A stretch of 64,000 nt of DNA from Chloroflexota bacterium (GTDB lineage Bacteria > Chloroflexota > Limnocylindria > P2-11E): NCBI GenBank assembly GCA_005889075.1, contig VBDQ01000018.1, positions 44,893-108,892 on the forward strand, read 5' to 3'. This document shows, one piece after another, positions 18,450 through 27,546 of this stretch. The notes beneath the pieces were generated by a model. The model worked only from the letters and a program-made list of their open reading frames with translations, was not told the origin of the DNA and did no database searches. Position numbers and translations under genes: made by a program. The first letter of the stretch is position 1; every line of letters starts with the position of its first letter.

Positions 18450-19400
18450 ATGAAGAAGCTGCTGGTGGGTGCGATCGGCCTCGCGGCGGTCGCCGTCGCG
18501 GTCGTGCTCGTCGCGAACGCGGTCGTGAGCGGACTTCCGATCGCCAAGTCATTAACTGAGGCAACCGTCCCCGGGTACGTCCCTGGCGGCGCCCCGTTCG
18601 GGATGATCGGCACCGATCCTGACGATCCCGACGATCCGTGGTCCGCCGAGGCGCCACCGGGCGGTGCCATCCTGCAAACGCCCGGTCCCACCGCGAGTCC
18701 CGGCGCCGTCGGAACGATCCGCGTCCCGATCCCTAAGGTCCTGCCGACCGGTCCGCGTCGCGTGGGTATCCAGGTAGGTCACTGGAAGACCGATGAGGCG
18801 CCATCCGAGCTTCGGAGCCTGGTCCCGCAGACGGGCGCGGCGTGGGAGGGGGTCACCGAGCTCGACGTCAACCTCGACGTCGCGCAGCGTCTCGCGGTGA
18901 TCCTGAACGCGAAGGGCATCGCGGTCGACATCCTGCCGGTCACCGTCCCGGTCGGCTACATCGCCGACGCGGTAATCGCATTGCACGCCGATAGCGATGG
19001 GGTTGGGGAGCTCAGCGGATTCAAGATGGCCCATAACGCGCGGCGCGGTCCGTTCGAAACTGCGCTGCTCAATGATGTGAAGGACGCGTACGCTGCGGCG
19101 ACGCACCTCGACTACGATTCGGGACACGTCAGCCGTAACATGCTAGGTTACTATCCATATAACTGGAGCCGCTATCAGCACGCAGTTTCCCCCTACACGC
19201 CGGGGGTCATCATCGAGATGGGCTATATCTCCAATGACGACGATCGCGCTCTGATGCTCGATCATCCGGATGTGCTTGCCAACGGGATCGCGAACGGGAT
19301 CATGCAGTTCCTCTCTGACACGCCGCGCTCGAAGCTCTTCGAGCACGAGATCGTCGTGCCCGCGTTCCCACAGCGACCAACGCGAACCAGCGTTCCCTAG
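18450..19400 (+). CDS. N-acetylmuramoyl-L-alanine amidase (Amidase_3 family) with N-terminal signal/anchor
   Basis: MKKLLVGAIGLAAVAVAVVLVANA signal, then RVGIQVGHWKTDE...ALHADS, the Amidase_3 zinc-binding core. SD-like GAGGG upstream. Confidence 0.8.
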   Translation: MKKLLVGAIGLAAVAVAVVLVANAVVSGLPIAKSLTEATVPGYVPGGAPFGMIGTDPDDPDDPWSAEAPPGGAILQTPGPTASPGAVGTIRVPIPKVLPTGPRRVGIQVGHWKTDEAPSELRSLVPQTGAAWEGVTELDVNLDVAQRLAVILNAKGIAVDILPVTVPVGYIADAVIALHADSDGVGELSGFKMAHNARRGPFETALLNDVKDAYAAATHLDYDSGHVSRNMLGYYPYNWSRYQHAVSPYTPGVIIEMGYISNDDDRALMLDHPDVLANGIANGIMQFLSDTPRSKLFEHEIVVPAFPQRPTRTSVP

Positions 19401-19667
19401 CTTCCCTCGGCGTCGAGGAGGGCGCGGAATTCTGCTTTCGTGTCGTCGGCAGCTCCCACGGCCCATCCCATAGCAAGTCCGGCGGGCCGTGAGCATGGGA
19501 CTCTTGATGCAGAGGCCCGTAGATCTGCAGTGCTAGTCTTCAGCGGCGACCGCGAGGTCGACGACCATCCAAGGAGGCCGGACATGAGCGAACACTTCGA
19601 TCGCGACGCCGACGGCCTCCTTTCCGGAGCGCCGCAGCTCTAACCCGCGGCGTCGCGGCATCCGCTC

Positions 19668-20435
19668 ATGCACCGCCTCCCTCAAGGAGGACGCGTGCCC
19701 GCATTGTTCGGGAGCGATTGGCTTGCCGACGCACCATACGAAGACCGCGAGCTCGGCGTGCTCAAGGCCGGCAAGGAGAGCGAGGTGCATCTCCTGGCGC
19801 GCGTCGGCCCGACACGCACCTGCCTCATCGCCGAAAAGCGCTTCACGCCGCGGCTGCAGCGCGCGTTCCGCAACGACTACCTCTACGCCGGCATCTGGGG
19901 CGGCGGCGGCCGGCGGGAGAGCCGCGCCATCCGCAAGCGGACGCGATTCGGCCAGGAGGCGCTCGAGTCCCGCTGGGTCGCTCACGAATGGGGGACGCTC
20001 GTCCGCTTGCACGCTTCCGGCGTTACCGTCCCCCCGCCGGTGGAGCAGATCGATCACGGGTATCGCATGGCGTTCATCGGCGACGGACAGCAGGCCGCGC
20101 CGCGGCTCTCTGAGGTCCATCTCGATCTTTCCACCGCGCGTCAGGTGTGGCGCGACGTCCAGATCGAGATCAGGACGATGCTGGATGCCGACCTCGTGCA
20201 TGGCGATCTCTCCGCCTACAACATCCTGTGGTGGCGCGGGCGGGCGGTGCTCATCGATTTCTCGCAATCGGTCGACGTCGTGACGCACCCCGCGTCCCGT
20301 GAGCTGCTCTACCGCGACGTCGAACGGACGGCGGGCTACTTCAGGCGTATGGGTGTGACCATTGACACCGCCGCGGCGCTCGCGCTGGTGGGCGACTCGC
20401 CCTCGCGCTTCGCGCGCCAAGTTTTGTCATCCTGA
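19668..20435 (+). CDS. RIO-type atypical serine protein kinase
   Basis: LVHGDLSAYNILW (RIO HxDLSEYN catalytic loop) and IDFSQSV (DFGQA-like metal-binding loop). A strong AAGGAGG lies upstream. The start is ATG 19668 or GTG 19695. Confidence 0.75.
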   Translation: MHRLPQGGRVPALFGSDWLADAPYEDRELGVLKAGKESEVHLLARVGPTRTCLIAEKRFTPRLQRAFRNDYLYAGIWGGGGRRESRAIRKRTRFGQEALESRWVAHEWGTLVRLHASGVTVPPPVEQIDHGYRMAFIGDGQQAAPRLSEVHLDLSTARQVWRDVQIEIRTMLDADLVHGDLSAYNILWWRGRAVLIDFSQSVDVVTHPASRELLYRDVERTAGYFRRMGVTIDTAAALALVGDSPSRFARQVLSS

Positions 20436-20439
20436 GCAT

Positions 20440-20958
20440 GTGTTCGGCCTGACGACGCCGTGGTGGGAGATCATCCTCCGCACGGCCGTCGTCTATGTAG
20501 TCGTGCTGGTGCTCCTCCGCGTGGCCGGGAAGCGCGAGCTGGGGCAGATGAGCGCGGTCGACCTGGTCGTGATCCTGGTCATCGCCAACGCTGTCCAGAA
20601 CGCTATGACCGGCGGTGACAACTCACTCATCGGCGGCATCATCGCGGCGTCCACGCTCGTGGCGATGAACCTCATTTTCGGGCGCGTCGCCAACCGGATA
20701 CCTCTCCTCGAGCACCTCTTCACCAGCGAGCCGACGCTGCTCATCGACGACGGCAAGCTCATCCAGACACATCTCCAACGCGAGAACATCACGCGCGAGG
20801 ACGTCGAGATGTCCGCGCGCGAGCACGGCATCGGCGATCTCAGTGACGTCGAAGCGGCCATCCTGGAGCGCGACGGCTCGATCAGCATCATTCCGCGAGA
20901 GGGCCGCAAGACGATGCGCACCGTGCGTCGGATCCGTCAGCTCCGGAATCGCCCTTAG
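20440..20958 (+). CDS. DUF421 (YetF-like) membrane protein
   Basis: WEIILRTAVVYVVVLVLLRVAGKRELGQMSAVDLVVILVIANAVQNAM is the DUF421 N-terminal signature. GTG at 20440 follows the RIO stop by 4 nt. Confidence 0.8.
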   Translation: MFGLTTPWWEIILRTAVVYVVVLVLLRVAGKRELGQMSAVDLVVILVIANAVQNAMTGGDNSLIGGIIAASTLVAMNLIFGRVANRIPLLEHLFTSEPTLLIDDGKLIQTHLQRENITREDVEMSAREHGIGDLSDVEAAILERDGSISIIPREGRKTMRTVRRIRQLRNRP

Positions 20959-22227
20959 GTGCTGACGCGCTTCGTTCCCGGCGTCGCGCCGCTGGCGCAT
21001 CGGAACTACGCCCTGTACTGGACCGGACAGCTGGTTTCGATGTCCGGGACGTGGATCGAGCTCACCGCGACGACGTGGCTCCTCTACCAGCTCACCGACT
21101 CGCCGCTCCTGCTTGGACTTGGCGGGGTCTTCCGGGCGACACCGATCTTCGCGTTCGCGCTCCTCGGCGGGACGATCGCGGACCGCGTCGAGCGTCGCCG
21201 GCTACTCCTATTCACACAGAGCTCGTCTGTGGTCACCTCGCTCGTGCTCGGCACGCTCGTGCTCACCGGCCACATCGCGTTCTGGCACATCTACGTCATC
21301 AGCTTCATCAACGCGACCATCGCCGCGTTCGATGCGCCGAGCCGCCAGGCCCTCTTCCCGACGCTCATCCCGCGCGGGCAGCTGCAGAACGCCGTAACGC
21401 TCAACTCGATGCTCTTCCAGAGCTCGAATCTCGTAGGCCCAGCCGTCGCCGGGATCCTCATCGCGCGCGCCGGTCCGGCGTGGCCATTCTTTGTGAATGC
21501 GGCGAGCTACTTCGCGATCATCGGCGGCCTGCTCGCGATGCGGATCCCGCGCGTCACGGGGGTGGCGCGCGGTTCGATCCGCGGCGAGCTCGTGGGCGGG
21601 CTCCGATACGTGCGCGCGAGCACGATCCTGCCGCTGGTGCTTGCGATCGAGGCGTCGCTCTCGGTGTTCGGCCACAATCAGGCGCTCATCACGATCTTCG
21701 CCCGCGACGTCCTCGGGTCCAACGCGGAGGGCCTCGGGCTCCTTCTCTCGAGCATCGCCTTCGGAGCGATCGTCGGGATGGTCATGCTCGTCGTTGTCGG
21801 TGACGTACGTCGGAAAGGTGCGTTCATGCTCGCCTCGGGCGCACTTTACGCGCTGACGCTCCTGCTCTTCGCGTGGTCGCGGTCCTTTCCGCTCTCAATG
21901 GCGATCCTCGCGGTGCTGGGCTTCGCCGACGCGACCTGGGGAACGATGCGCAGCGCCATCGCGCAGCTCGCTGCCGAGGACGCTTATCGCGGACGCGTTA
22001 TGTCGTTCATCCTCATCGTCGCGCGCGGCCTCACGAACGCGTCCCAGCTCCAGACCGGCGTGGCGACCACGCTTGTGGGGGCGCCCGGCGCGGCGACCGT
22101 CGGAGCGCTCGTGATCGGCGGCATCATCGCCGGTGCCGCCACGCGAGGCCGCCGTCTGCGAAACTTCGCCGCCACGGCACCGCGGCACGCGGTGCCGCAA
22201 GTCGCCGATGCCGGAGGGGAGTCATGA
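20959..22227 (+). CDS. MFS transporter (EntS/MFS_1-like, 12 TM)
   Basis: 12 predicted TM helices and MFS signature loops. GTG start abuts the upstream stop. Its stop overlaps the next ATG (ATGA). Confidence 0.85.
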   Translation: MLTRFVPGVAPLAHRNYALYWTGQLVSMSGTWIELTATTWLLYQLTDSPLLLGLGGVFRATPIFAFALLGGTIADRVERRRLLLFTQSSSVVTSLVLGTLVLTGHIAFWHIYVISFINATIAAFDAPSRQALFPTLIPRGQLQNAVTLNSMLFQSSNLVGPAVAGILIARAGPAWPFFVNAASYFAIIGGLLAMRIPRVTGVARGSIRGELVGGLRYVRASTILPLVLAIEASLSVFGHNQALITIFARDVLGSNAEGLGLLLSSIAFGAIVGMVMLVVVGDVRRKGAFMLASGALYALTLLLFAWSRSFPLSMAILAVLGFADATWGTMRSAIAQLAAEDAYRGRVMSFILIVARGLTNASQLQTGVATTLVGAPGAATVGALVIGGIIAGAATRGRRLRNFAATAPRHAVPQVADAGGES

Positions 22228-23225
22228 GCCCAGCGAAGAAGACGGCCACAAAGAAGGCTGCGCCCAAGAAGACCACGCGCCGTCGTCGCGGACCGGCCGA
22301 ACCGCGCGGGCCCGACGCCGTCGCCTCGGCCATGGCCCTCGACGATCCGGAGGTGCGCGATCTCGCCGCGCGGGTCGACAAGGCGAAAGGCGCCGTGCTG
22401 GCGGCCTACCGCGATCCGTATGCGGGCTCCCCGCTGCTCCTCGCGGCCCTGCCTATCGGCTCCGTCGAGGCCACGCCCTTCCAGCGCGATCTCTCGCGCA
22501 CGCACGCCGATCGTCTCGCGCAGGCCATCGGCGCGTCGGGCCTTTTCCTCGATCCGGTGATCGCGGTCCCGGGCAAGGACGTGTTCTGGTCGCCGAACGG
22601 CAGACACCGCATCGCAGCCGCGAAGCAGCTCGGTCAGCGTGCCATCACCGCGCTCCTCACCGACGATGTCGCCCTGGCGTACCGGATCCTCGCGCTCAAC
22701 ACCGAGAAGGCGCACAACCTCCGTGATCGCGCGCTCGAGGTCATCCGGATGGCTCGCGCTCTCGCGAAGGAGTCACCGCGATCGAAAGAGTCCGAGCATG
22801 CGACAAGCTTCGAGTCCCCCGCCTTTCTCACCCTCGGCGCCGCGTATGAAAAGCGCGACCGGTTCGCTGGTTCGGCGTACCACTCCATGCTCCGTCGTGT
22901 CGATCGCTTCATGGAGACGGCGCTGCCGGCCGCGCTTCGCCAGCGCGAGCAATGGGCGGTGCGGCTCATGGACATCGACGATCGCGTCGCGACCCACGTG
23001 AAGACCCTCCAGGAGCACGGAATGAAGAGCCCGTACCTCCGCCAGGTCGTGGTCGCGCGCTGCAATCCGGTCCGGTGGATCCCGACGAAGAAGGGCGAGA
23101 AGCCACCGATGACCATGGCCGAGCTCCTCACCCGCATGACCGCGAACGTGCGCAAGTTCGATCCGTCCAAAGTGCGGCCCGCCGATCTCGCGATCGTCGC
23201 CGCCGTCGCACCGGAAGAAGGCTAG
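22224..23225 (+). CDS. ParB/sulfiredoxin-fold (ParB-like nuclease domain) protein
   Basis: ATG at 22224 with GGAGGGGA SD. TPFQRDLSRTHADRLAQAIGASGLFLDPVIAV matches the ParB N-terminal/Srx fold. Lys-rich N-terminal tail. Confidence 0.7.
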   Translation: MSPAKKTATKKAAPKKTTRRRRGPAEPRGPDAVASAMALDDPEVRDLAARVDKAKGAVLAAYRDPYAGSPLLLAALPIGSVEATPFQRDLSRTHADRLAQAIGASGLFLDPVIAVPGKDVFWSPNGRHRIAAAKQLGQRAITALLTDDVALAYRILALNTEKAHNLRDRALEVIRMARALAKESPRSKESEHATSFESPAFLTLGAAYEKRDRFAGSAYHSMLRRVDRFMETALPAALRQREQWAVRLMDIDDRVATHVKTLQEHGMKSPYLRQVVVARCNPVRWIPTKKGEKPPMTMAELLTRMTANVRKFDPSKVRPADLAIVAAVAPEEG

Positions 23226-23250
23226 GCCGGGGCGCGTGCGACGCGGCCCG

Positions 23251-23763
23251 CTACCTCCCGAGCGCCACTCCCGCGACTACTCCGATGGCGATCACGAGGG
23301 CGGGATGGACGCGCCCGTCGTAGGTCAGGACGGTTCCGATCGCGACGAGCGTGAGCTGCCACCATTCCGGCGCGCCACCGGCGGTCACGATCCCGATCCC
23401 GGTCGCGGCGAGCAATCCCGCGGTCGCGAGCGCGACACCGCGCACCAGACCGGCGACCGGCGTCGCGACGAGCCAGCGTCGCGCGAGGGCGGTGATCGGA
23501 ACGATGACGAGCGGCGGCAACGTCGCTGCCGCGAGCGCGAGCGTCGCGCCGACGACACCGCCCACGAGAAAGCCGAGCGAGACGATGTAGAGCCCGTTCG
23601 GGCCAGTCGAGATCCGTCCGATCGCGATCGCCTGCACGACCTGCTGGTCGGTCGCGATCCCCGTGCCGACGAGGTCCCCGCGAAGGAGCGGGAGCGATGA
23701 GAGCCCTCCGAGCGAAAGGGCGGACGCCTTGAGAAAGACCCCAAACAGCGAGAGCGGGTCCAC
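23251..23763 (-). CDS. Chromate transporter (ChrA/CHR family) short-chain subunit
   Basis: LFGVFLKASALSLGGLSSLPLL... is a half-size CHR domain. GTG start 3 nt after the upstream ChrA-half stop. Confidence 0.8.
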   Translation of the reverse strand: MDPLSLFGVFLKASALSLGGLSSLPLLRGDLVGTGIATDQQVVQAIAIGRISTGPNGLYIVSLGFLVGGVVGATLALAAATLPPLVIVPITALARRWLVATPVAGLVRGVALATAGLLAATGIGIVTAGGAPEWWQLTLVAIGTVLTYDGRVHPALVIAIGVVAGVALGR

Positions 23764-23766
23764 CGC

Positions 23767-24336
23767 TCAGCCCATCGGCGTCTGGCGCGAAGTGGGCGGC
23801 TCGCGACCCAGCGCAAACGCGCCGATCACCCCGCCCGCCGCGATCGCGGCCACGGTGGGGATCGCGAATGCGAGCGCCGCGACGAACGCGACCGCGCTCA
23901 CGGCGACGTCGATCGAGATATGGACACGGCCGCGACGGGCGGTCGATCGGATCAGGAGTAGCGCGGTCGCGACGGTCATCCCGCCGGTGATGGGGCCGAC
24001 ACCCGCGAGCGCGGCGCGTGCGAAAGCGGCGTTGGCGATCGATCCGTAGGCGGCGGTCAGCGCGATGGTGATCGCGCCGGCGGGAATCATCATCCCGAGC
24101 ACCGCTGCGGCGGCGCCGCGCCAACCAGCGGCGCGCCGTCCGATGAGACCCGCCAACGCCACGAGGTGGATACCGGGTGAGAGCTGCGAGAGGGCCCAGG
24201 CTTCGCCGAACTCGCGTCCGCTCAACCACCGCTCGCGCTCAACCGCTAAACGGCGGATTAGGAGCAAAGTACTAGTACCACCACCCACTGATTGGGTGCC
24301 GACCGCGATCCAAGAACGGGTCAGTCTCGCGAGCAT
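23767..24336 (-). CDS. Chromate transporter (ChrA/CHR family) short-chain subunit, partner half
   Basis: WIAVGTQSVGGGTSTLLLIRRLAVERERWLSGREFGEAWALSQLSPG is the CHR N-terminal half signature. The start was chosen at ATG 24334-24336 by family length (upstream ATGs at 24387 and 24477 are possible). Confidence 0.7.
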   Translation of the reverse strand: MLARLTRSWIAVGTQSVGGGTSTLLLIRRLAVERERWLSGREFGEAWALSQLSPGIHLVALAGLIGRRAAGWRGAAAAVLGMMIPAGAITIALTAAYGSIANAAFARAALAGVGPITGGMTVATALLLIRSTARRGRVHISIDVAVSAVAFVAALAFAIPTVAAIAAGGVIGAFALGREPPTSRQTPMG

Positions 24337-25177
24337 GCCCGTTAACCTAAACGCGATGTCCGTGGTGGGTCGGGCTGAGACGCCCATTTTTACGTGGAAT
24401 CCGGTCGAGCAGATGTGGGTCCAGGAAGGCGGGGGCGCGACGAAACCGCCGCCCTCTCCCAACGACGTGCACGCCATCCAAACCTGGTTCCTCGATCCGG
24501 ACGACCACCAATGGATCCAGACCGTCCTCGGACCGATGGGCCGTCAGCTCGCGGCACAGTGGCAGGGCGCGCACCGCGTTCCGGAATCGGCGGTCGTTCG
24601 CAAGACCGGCCCGGCGCGGCGACGTAACCCGCTGCCCTTCGTCCTCGCCGGCGTCGTCCTCGTCGCGCTCATCGGAGGCGTCGCTGTCGCGGCGCCCGGT
24701 CTCGTCTCGCCGCACGACACGAGCGCCGCGCCGACGCCGGCGCCGAGCGCGGTCGTTCCCCCGCCGGCGCCGAGCGCGGATGCGAGCGCGCCCGCGACGT
24801 CCGCCGCGCCCGATCCCACTGCCGCGCCGACATCGGCACCGAGCGGCCGCGTGGTGACGCCGCGACCGCGCACGCCGGCTCCCACCTTGCAGCCGACCCC
24901 GCCTCCTCCGCCGCCGGACTACGTCTCGCCGGTGGTCGGTCCCGTCGGGACCATCTTCCACATCACCTTCACCGGTCTGCCCGCGGCTGCGCCGTACCGC
25001 ACGAGCTACACGCGCGGGTCGGTGACCACCGGGTACACGACCGGCGAGGTACCGTCGAACGGCGTGGTGACCTTCGATCTGCGGACCAATACCGCGAACT
25101 TCCCGCCGGACACGTACTTCTTCACGATCCGCGCGGGCAACGCGGTGAAGACCGTCACCTTCCGTCTGACGAGCTAG
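24335..25177 (+). CDS. Hypothetical membrane-anchored protein with a Pro/Ala/Thr-rich linker and a C-terminal beta-rich domain
   Basis: TM segment LPFVLAGVVLVALIGGVAVAAP, then a PAPS/PTPA-rich low-complexity linker, then about 90 aa of structured C-terminus. ATG 24335 overlaps the divergent ChrA start in CATG. Confidence 0.55.
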   Translation: MPVNLNAMSVVGRAETPIFTWNPVEQMWVQEGGGATKPPPSPNDVHAIQTWFLDPDDHQWIQTVLGPMGRQLAAQWQGAHRVPESAVVRKTGPARRRNPLPFVLAGVVLVALIGGVAVAAPGLVSPHDTSAAPTPAPSAVVPPPAPSADASAPATSAAPDPTAAPTSAPSGRVVTPRPRTPAPTLQPTPPPPPPDYVSPVVGPVGTIFHITFTGLPAAAPYRTSYTRGSVTTGYTTGEVPSNGVVTFDLRTNTANFPPDTYFFTIRAGNAVKTVTFRLTS

Positions 25178-25198
25178 GACGCGCCGAGGCCGGTCAGG

Positions 25199-27313
25199 CT
25201 AGGGCGTCTTCACCGTGACGTACCAGAACACCCCGTAGTCCTCCAGCCACTGCGCGCCCTCGATCAGCGGCCGGATCGAGAGGCGGTACGTGCCGGGGAC
25301 AGAAGGCGCCACGATCGTGAACTGGAACCAGGCGACCTGATTGGGCCCGACCCACTCAGCGGGCTGCGCCGCTAGACGATTGAAGCGGGGCCAACCGGTG
25401 TTCGGTGAGCCGTCGGTGCCATCACCGCCGAGCGAGGTTGCGCGGTCCTGGCCAGGCTCCGGGTCCCACGTACCCAGATAGGCGACCTGCCCCATCGTCC
25501 CCGCAAGCCAGCCGCGGGTCCCGCTGTTGTAGTAGGCGACCACGGCCGGCGCGGTCTGTCCCGCACAGAGCGTCGCGTAACCCGACTGCCCGTACCAGGA
25601 AGCGTGGAACCCCGCGACTCCCGACGCGACGCTCGTGGGTGCAGCGATGCCTGGGCCGACGCTCGTCTGGCACGGGTTCGGCGACGGACTCGGCGATGGT
25701 GACGGGCTCGGACTCGGCGATGGTGACGGGCTCGCGGAAGGTGCCGCGGCTCCCAGGGTGCCGACCTGCCCCGCTGCGATCGTCGCGTCACCGAGCACGC
25801 CACCCGCGACACGAGGCGAGTCCGTCGTCACGCGGTACGTGTCCGCCACCAGGTCTACGAATCCGAACCATCCCGTGCTGTCAGTTCGCGCGTCGCGGAC
25901 CGCGAAGCCGGTCTGCCGATCGATGAGATGGACCACCGTGTCGGCCAGCGGAGTGCCGTCACTTGCGAGCGCGATCCCCCGAAGATGCCCGAAGAGGGGC
26001 TGAGTCTTCCAGGTCATCGGCGGGACGGGCGGCGTGTCCGCGAAGACGGGTGGGGCGGCGCTGTCGTATGCGCTCGGGGCGGTCAGGCCCTTGATGAGCT
26101 CGGCTCGGCTCGCCGCGTCGGTCCGCGTGTCGGCGTTGGCGAGCGTATCCGGCGTGCGGTACGAGTAACCGACCCAGCCGACCGCCGTGTTGCCGGCGGC
26201 GCTCGGCGCGACGGCGCGACGCGCCTGACTCACGCTCGACGCGATGTCGTTCAGGTACAGGGCCGTCCCGATCGCCGTAGACCGCCGGTACTGATTGTCC
26301 TTGCCGAATTCGGCCCACTCGTCGTACATGCGGCGCTGGTTGTTCGGTTCGGTGGTGAGCGTGTCGCGCTTGTAGTTCATGAGCATCGCCGTGTCGACGA
26401 TGCCCTCACGCAGCCAGCCGCGCCAGTCCTGGAGCTGCTCGGCATACGCGCGGGTCGCCTCGAAGCTCCCGAGGGTCGCCGGGCCGTTGCCATACGTGAT
26501 CAGGTCGGCGGAGACGCGGATGCGCGGCTTGAGCGCGATGGACTCGACGTAGATGCGCCGCACGATCGACGTGATCTGATCGCGTCGCCACTGCGTCCAC
26601 TGCGGATCGGTGTTGGCCGGCGTGTCGGTGCGGCCGGTCTCCGCACGGAAGCGCGCGAGCGACGCCGAGTTGTAGCCCCAGGATGGAACGTTGGTGCCGA
26701 GATTGCCGTCGGGATAGCGGATGCGGTCGAGATTGATGCCGTCGACGTCGTAATTGCGCACGACCGAGAGCGCCATGTTCACGACCCAGGCCGCCGCGTC
26801 GGGGTGACCGGGGTCAAGCAGCCAATCGTCATTGAGCTTGCTCTGACCGTCCGAGCGGAGCATCACCCAGTTGTCTCGCCCGACGGCCGCGGGCCCGTGG
26901 AGATTGAAGACATGGTCCGGGTCCGAGGGCGGCGTTGTGCTGTTCCACATCGCCGTCGCGATCACCCACGCGTGGACCTCGATGCCCTGCGCGTGCGCCG
27001 CCGTGATGAGTGCCTCCAGCGGATCGAACGCGCCAGTCACGCCTGGTGTGAGCGGGAGCCCGGCTCGCAGACAGAGACAATCGCCGCGTCGCACGACCTG
27101 CGCCACGATCGCGTTGGCGTGCGCGGCCTTGGTCGCGGCGACGAGGGAGTCGATCTGCATCTGGTCATAGAGCCCATCACCGAATGCGTCGGCCCAGAAC
27201 GCGCGGAGCTGTCCGACGGCCGCCGTCGCCGGCGCGACGGCGAGCTCCTTCGGGATCGACCCGAACGAGTGGCCGAGGAACGACAGGATGAGCGCGAGCG
27301 TGAAGAGTCTCAG
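25199..27313 (-). CDS. Secreted GHL10 (glycoside hydrolase-like 10, DUF4015/YngK-type) protein with (SP)n linker and a C-terminal ~130-aa beta domain
   Basis: The catalytic TIM-barrel-like region runs LRAFWADAFG...EVHAWV...; next comes the SPSPSPSPSPSPSPSP linker, then the C-terminal domain. The first canonical start is ATG 27160, but the in-frame upstream sequence encodes a textbook signal peptide (K)LRLFTLALILSFLGHSFG preceded by GGGGAAGGG. The coordinates use the CTG at 27311-27313 as the proposed start; the conservative call is 25199..27160. Confidence 0.75.
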   Translation of the reverse strand: MRLFTLALILSFLGHSFGSIPKELAVAPATAAVGQLRAFWADAFGDGLYDQMQIDSLVAATKAAHANAIVAQVVRRGDCLCLRAGLPLTPGVTGAFDPLEALITAAHAQGIEVHAWVIATAMWNSTTPPSDPDHVFNLHGPAAVGRDNWVMLRSDGQSKLNDDWLLDPGHPDAAAWVVNMALSVVRNYDVDGINLDRIRYPDGNLGTNVPSWGYNSASLARFRAETGRTDTPANTDPQWTQWRRDQITSIVRRIYVESIALKPRIRVSADLITYGNGPATLGSFEATRAYAEQLQDWRGWLREGIVDTAMLMNYKRDTLTTEPNNQRRMYDEWAEFGKDNQYRRSTAIGTALYLNDIASSVSQARRAVAPSAAGNTAVGWVGYSYRTPDTLANADTRTDAASRAELIKGLTAPSAYDSAAPPVFADTPPVPPMTWKTQPLFGHLRGIALASDGTPLADTVVHLIDRQTGFAVRDARTDSTGWFGFVDLVADTYRVTTDSPRVAGGVLGDATIAAGQVGTLGAAAPSASPSPSPSPSPSPSPSPSPNPCQTSVGPGIAAPTSVASGVAGFHASWYGQSGYATLCAGQTAPAVVAYYNSGTRGWLAGTMGQVAYLGTWDPEPGQDRATSLGGDGTDGSPNTGWPRFNRLAAQPAEWVGPNQVAWFQFTIVAPSVPGTYRLSIRPLIEGAQWLEDYGVFWYVTVKTP

Positions 27314-27546
27314 TTTCCCTTCCCCAACGCGTGACCTGATTTGGCTAACGTGAAGTGTTCGAGGGTGTTCTGCTCTTCGTCAAGCGAACGAGCGGGCGAT
27401 CTCAGAGCTCTTGTTCGTGAGGACGCGAGGTCGCGACCGATGCGATACGTTCCGTCGCGCGCCGTCTGTCAGTCAGCGTCACACGGCGCTGCGCGCGTGA
27501 ACGCCGCTACCGCTCGAACCCTCCTGTGCCGATCATGTTCATCGGG

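Noticed and set aside
23222-24229. 335-aa minus ORF overlapping the ChrA pair
   Set aside because: Third-frame Arg-rich artefact. The two ChrA halves in the other frames have hydrophobic TM composition and CHR signatures.
25680-25745. Possible CRISPR-like or minisatellite repeat (21-bp units)
   Set aside because: It is simply the coding sequence of the (SP)8 linker inside the GHL10 gene. There are no spacer-like unique units.
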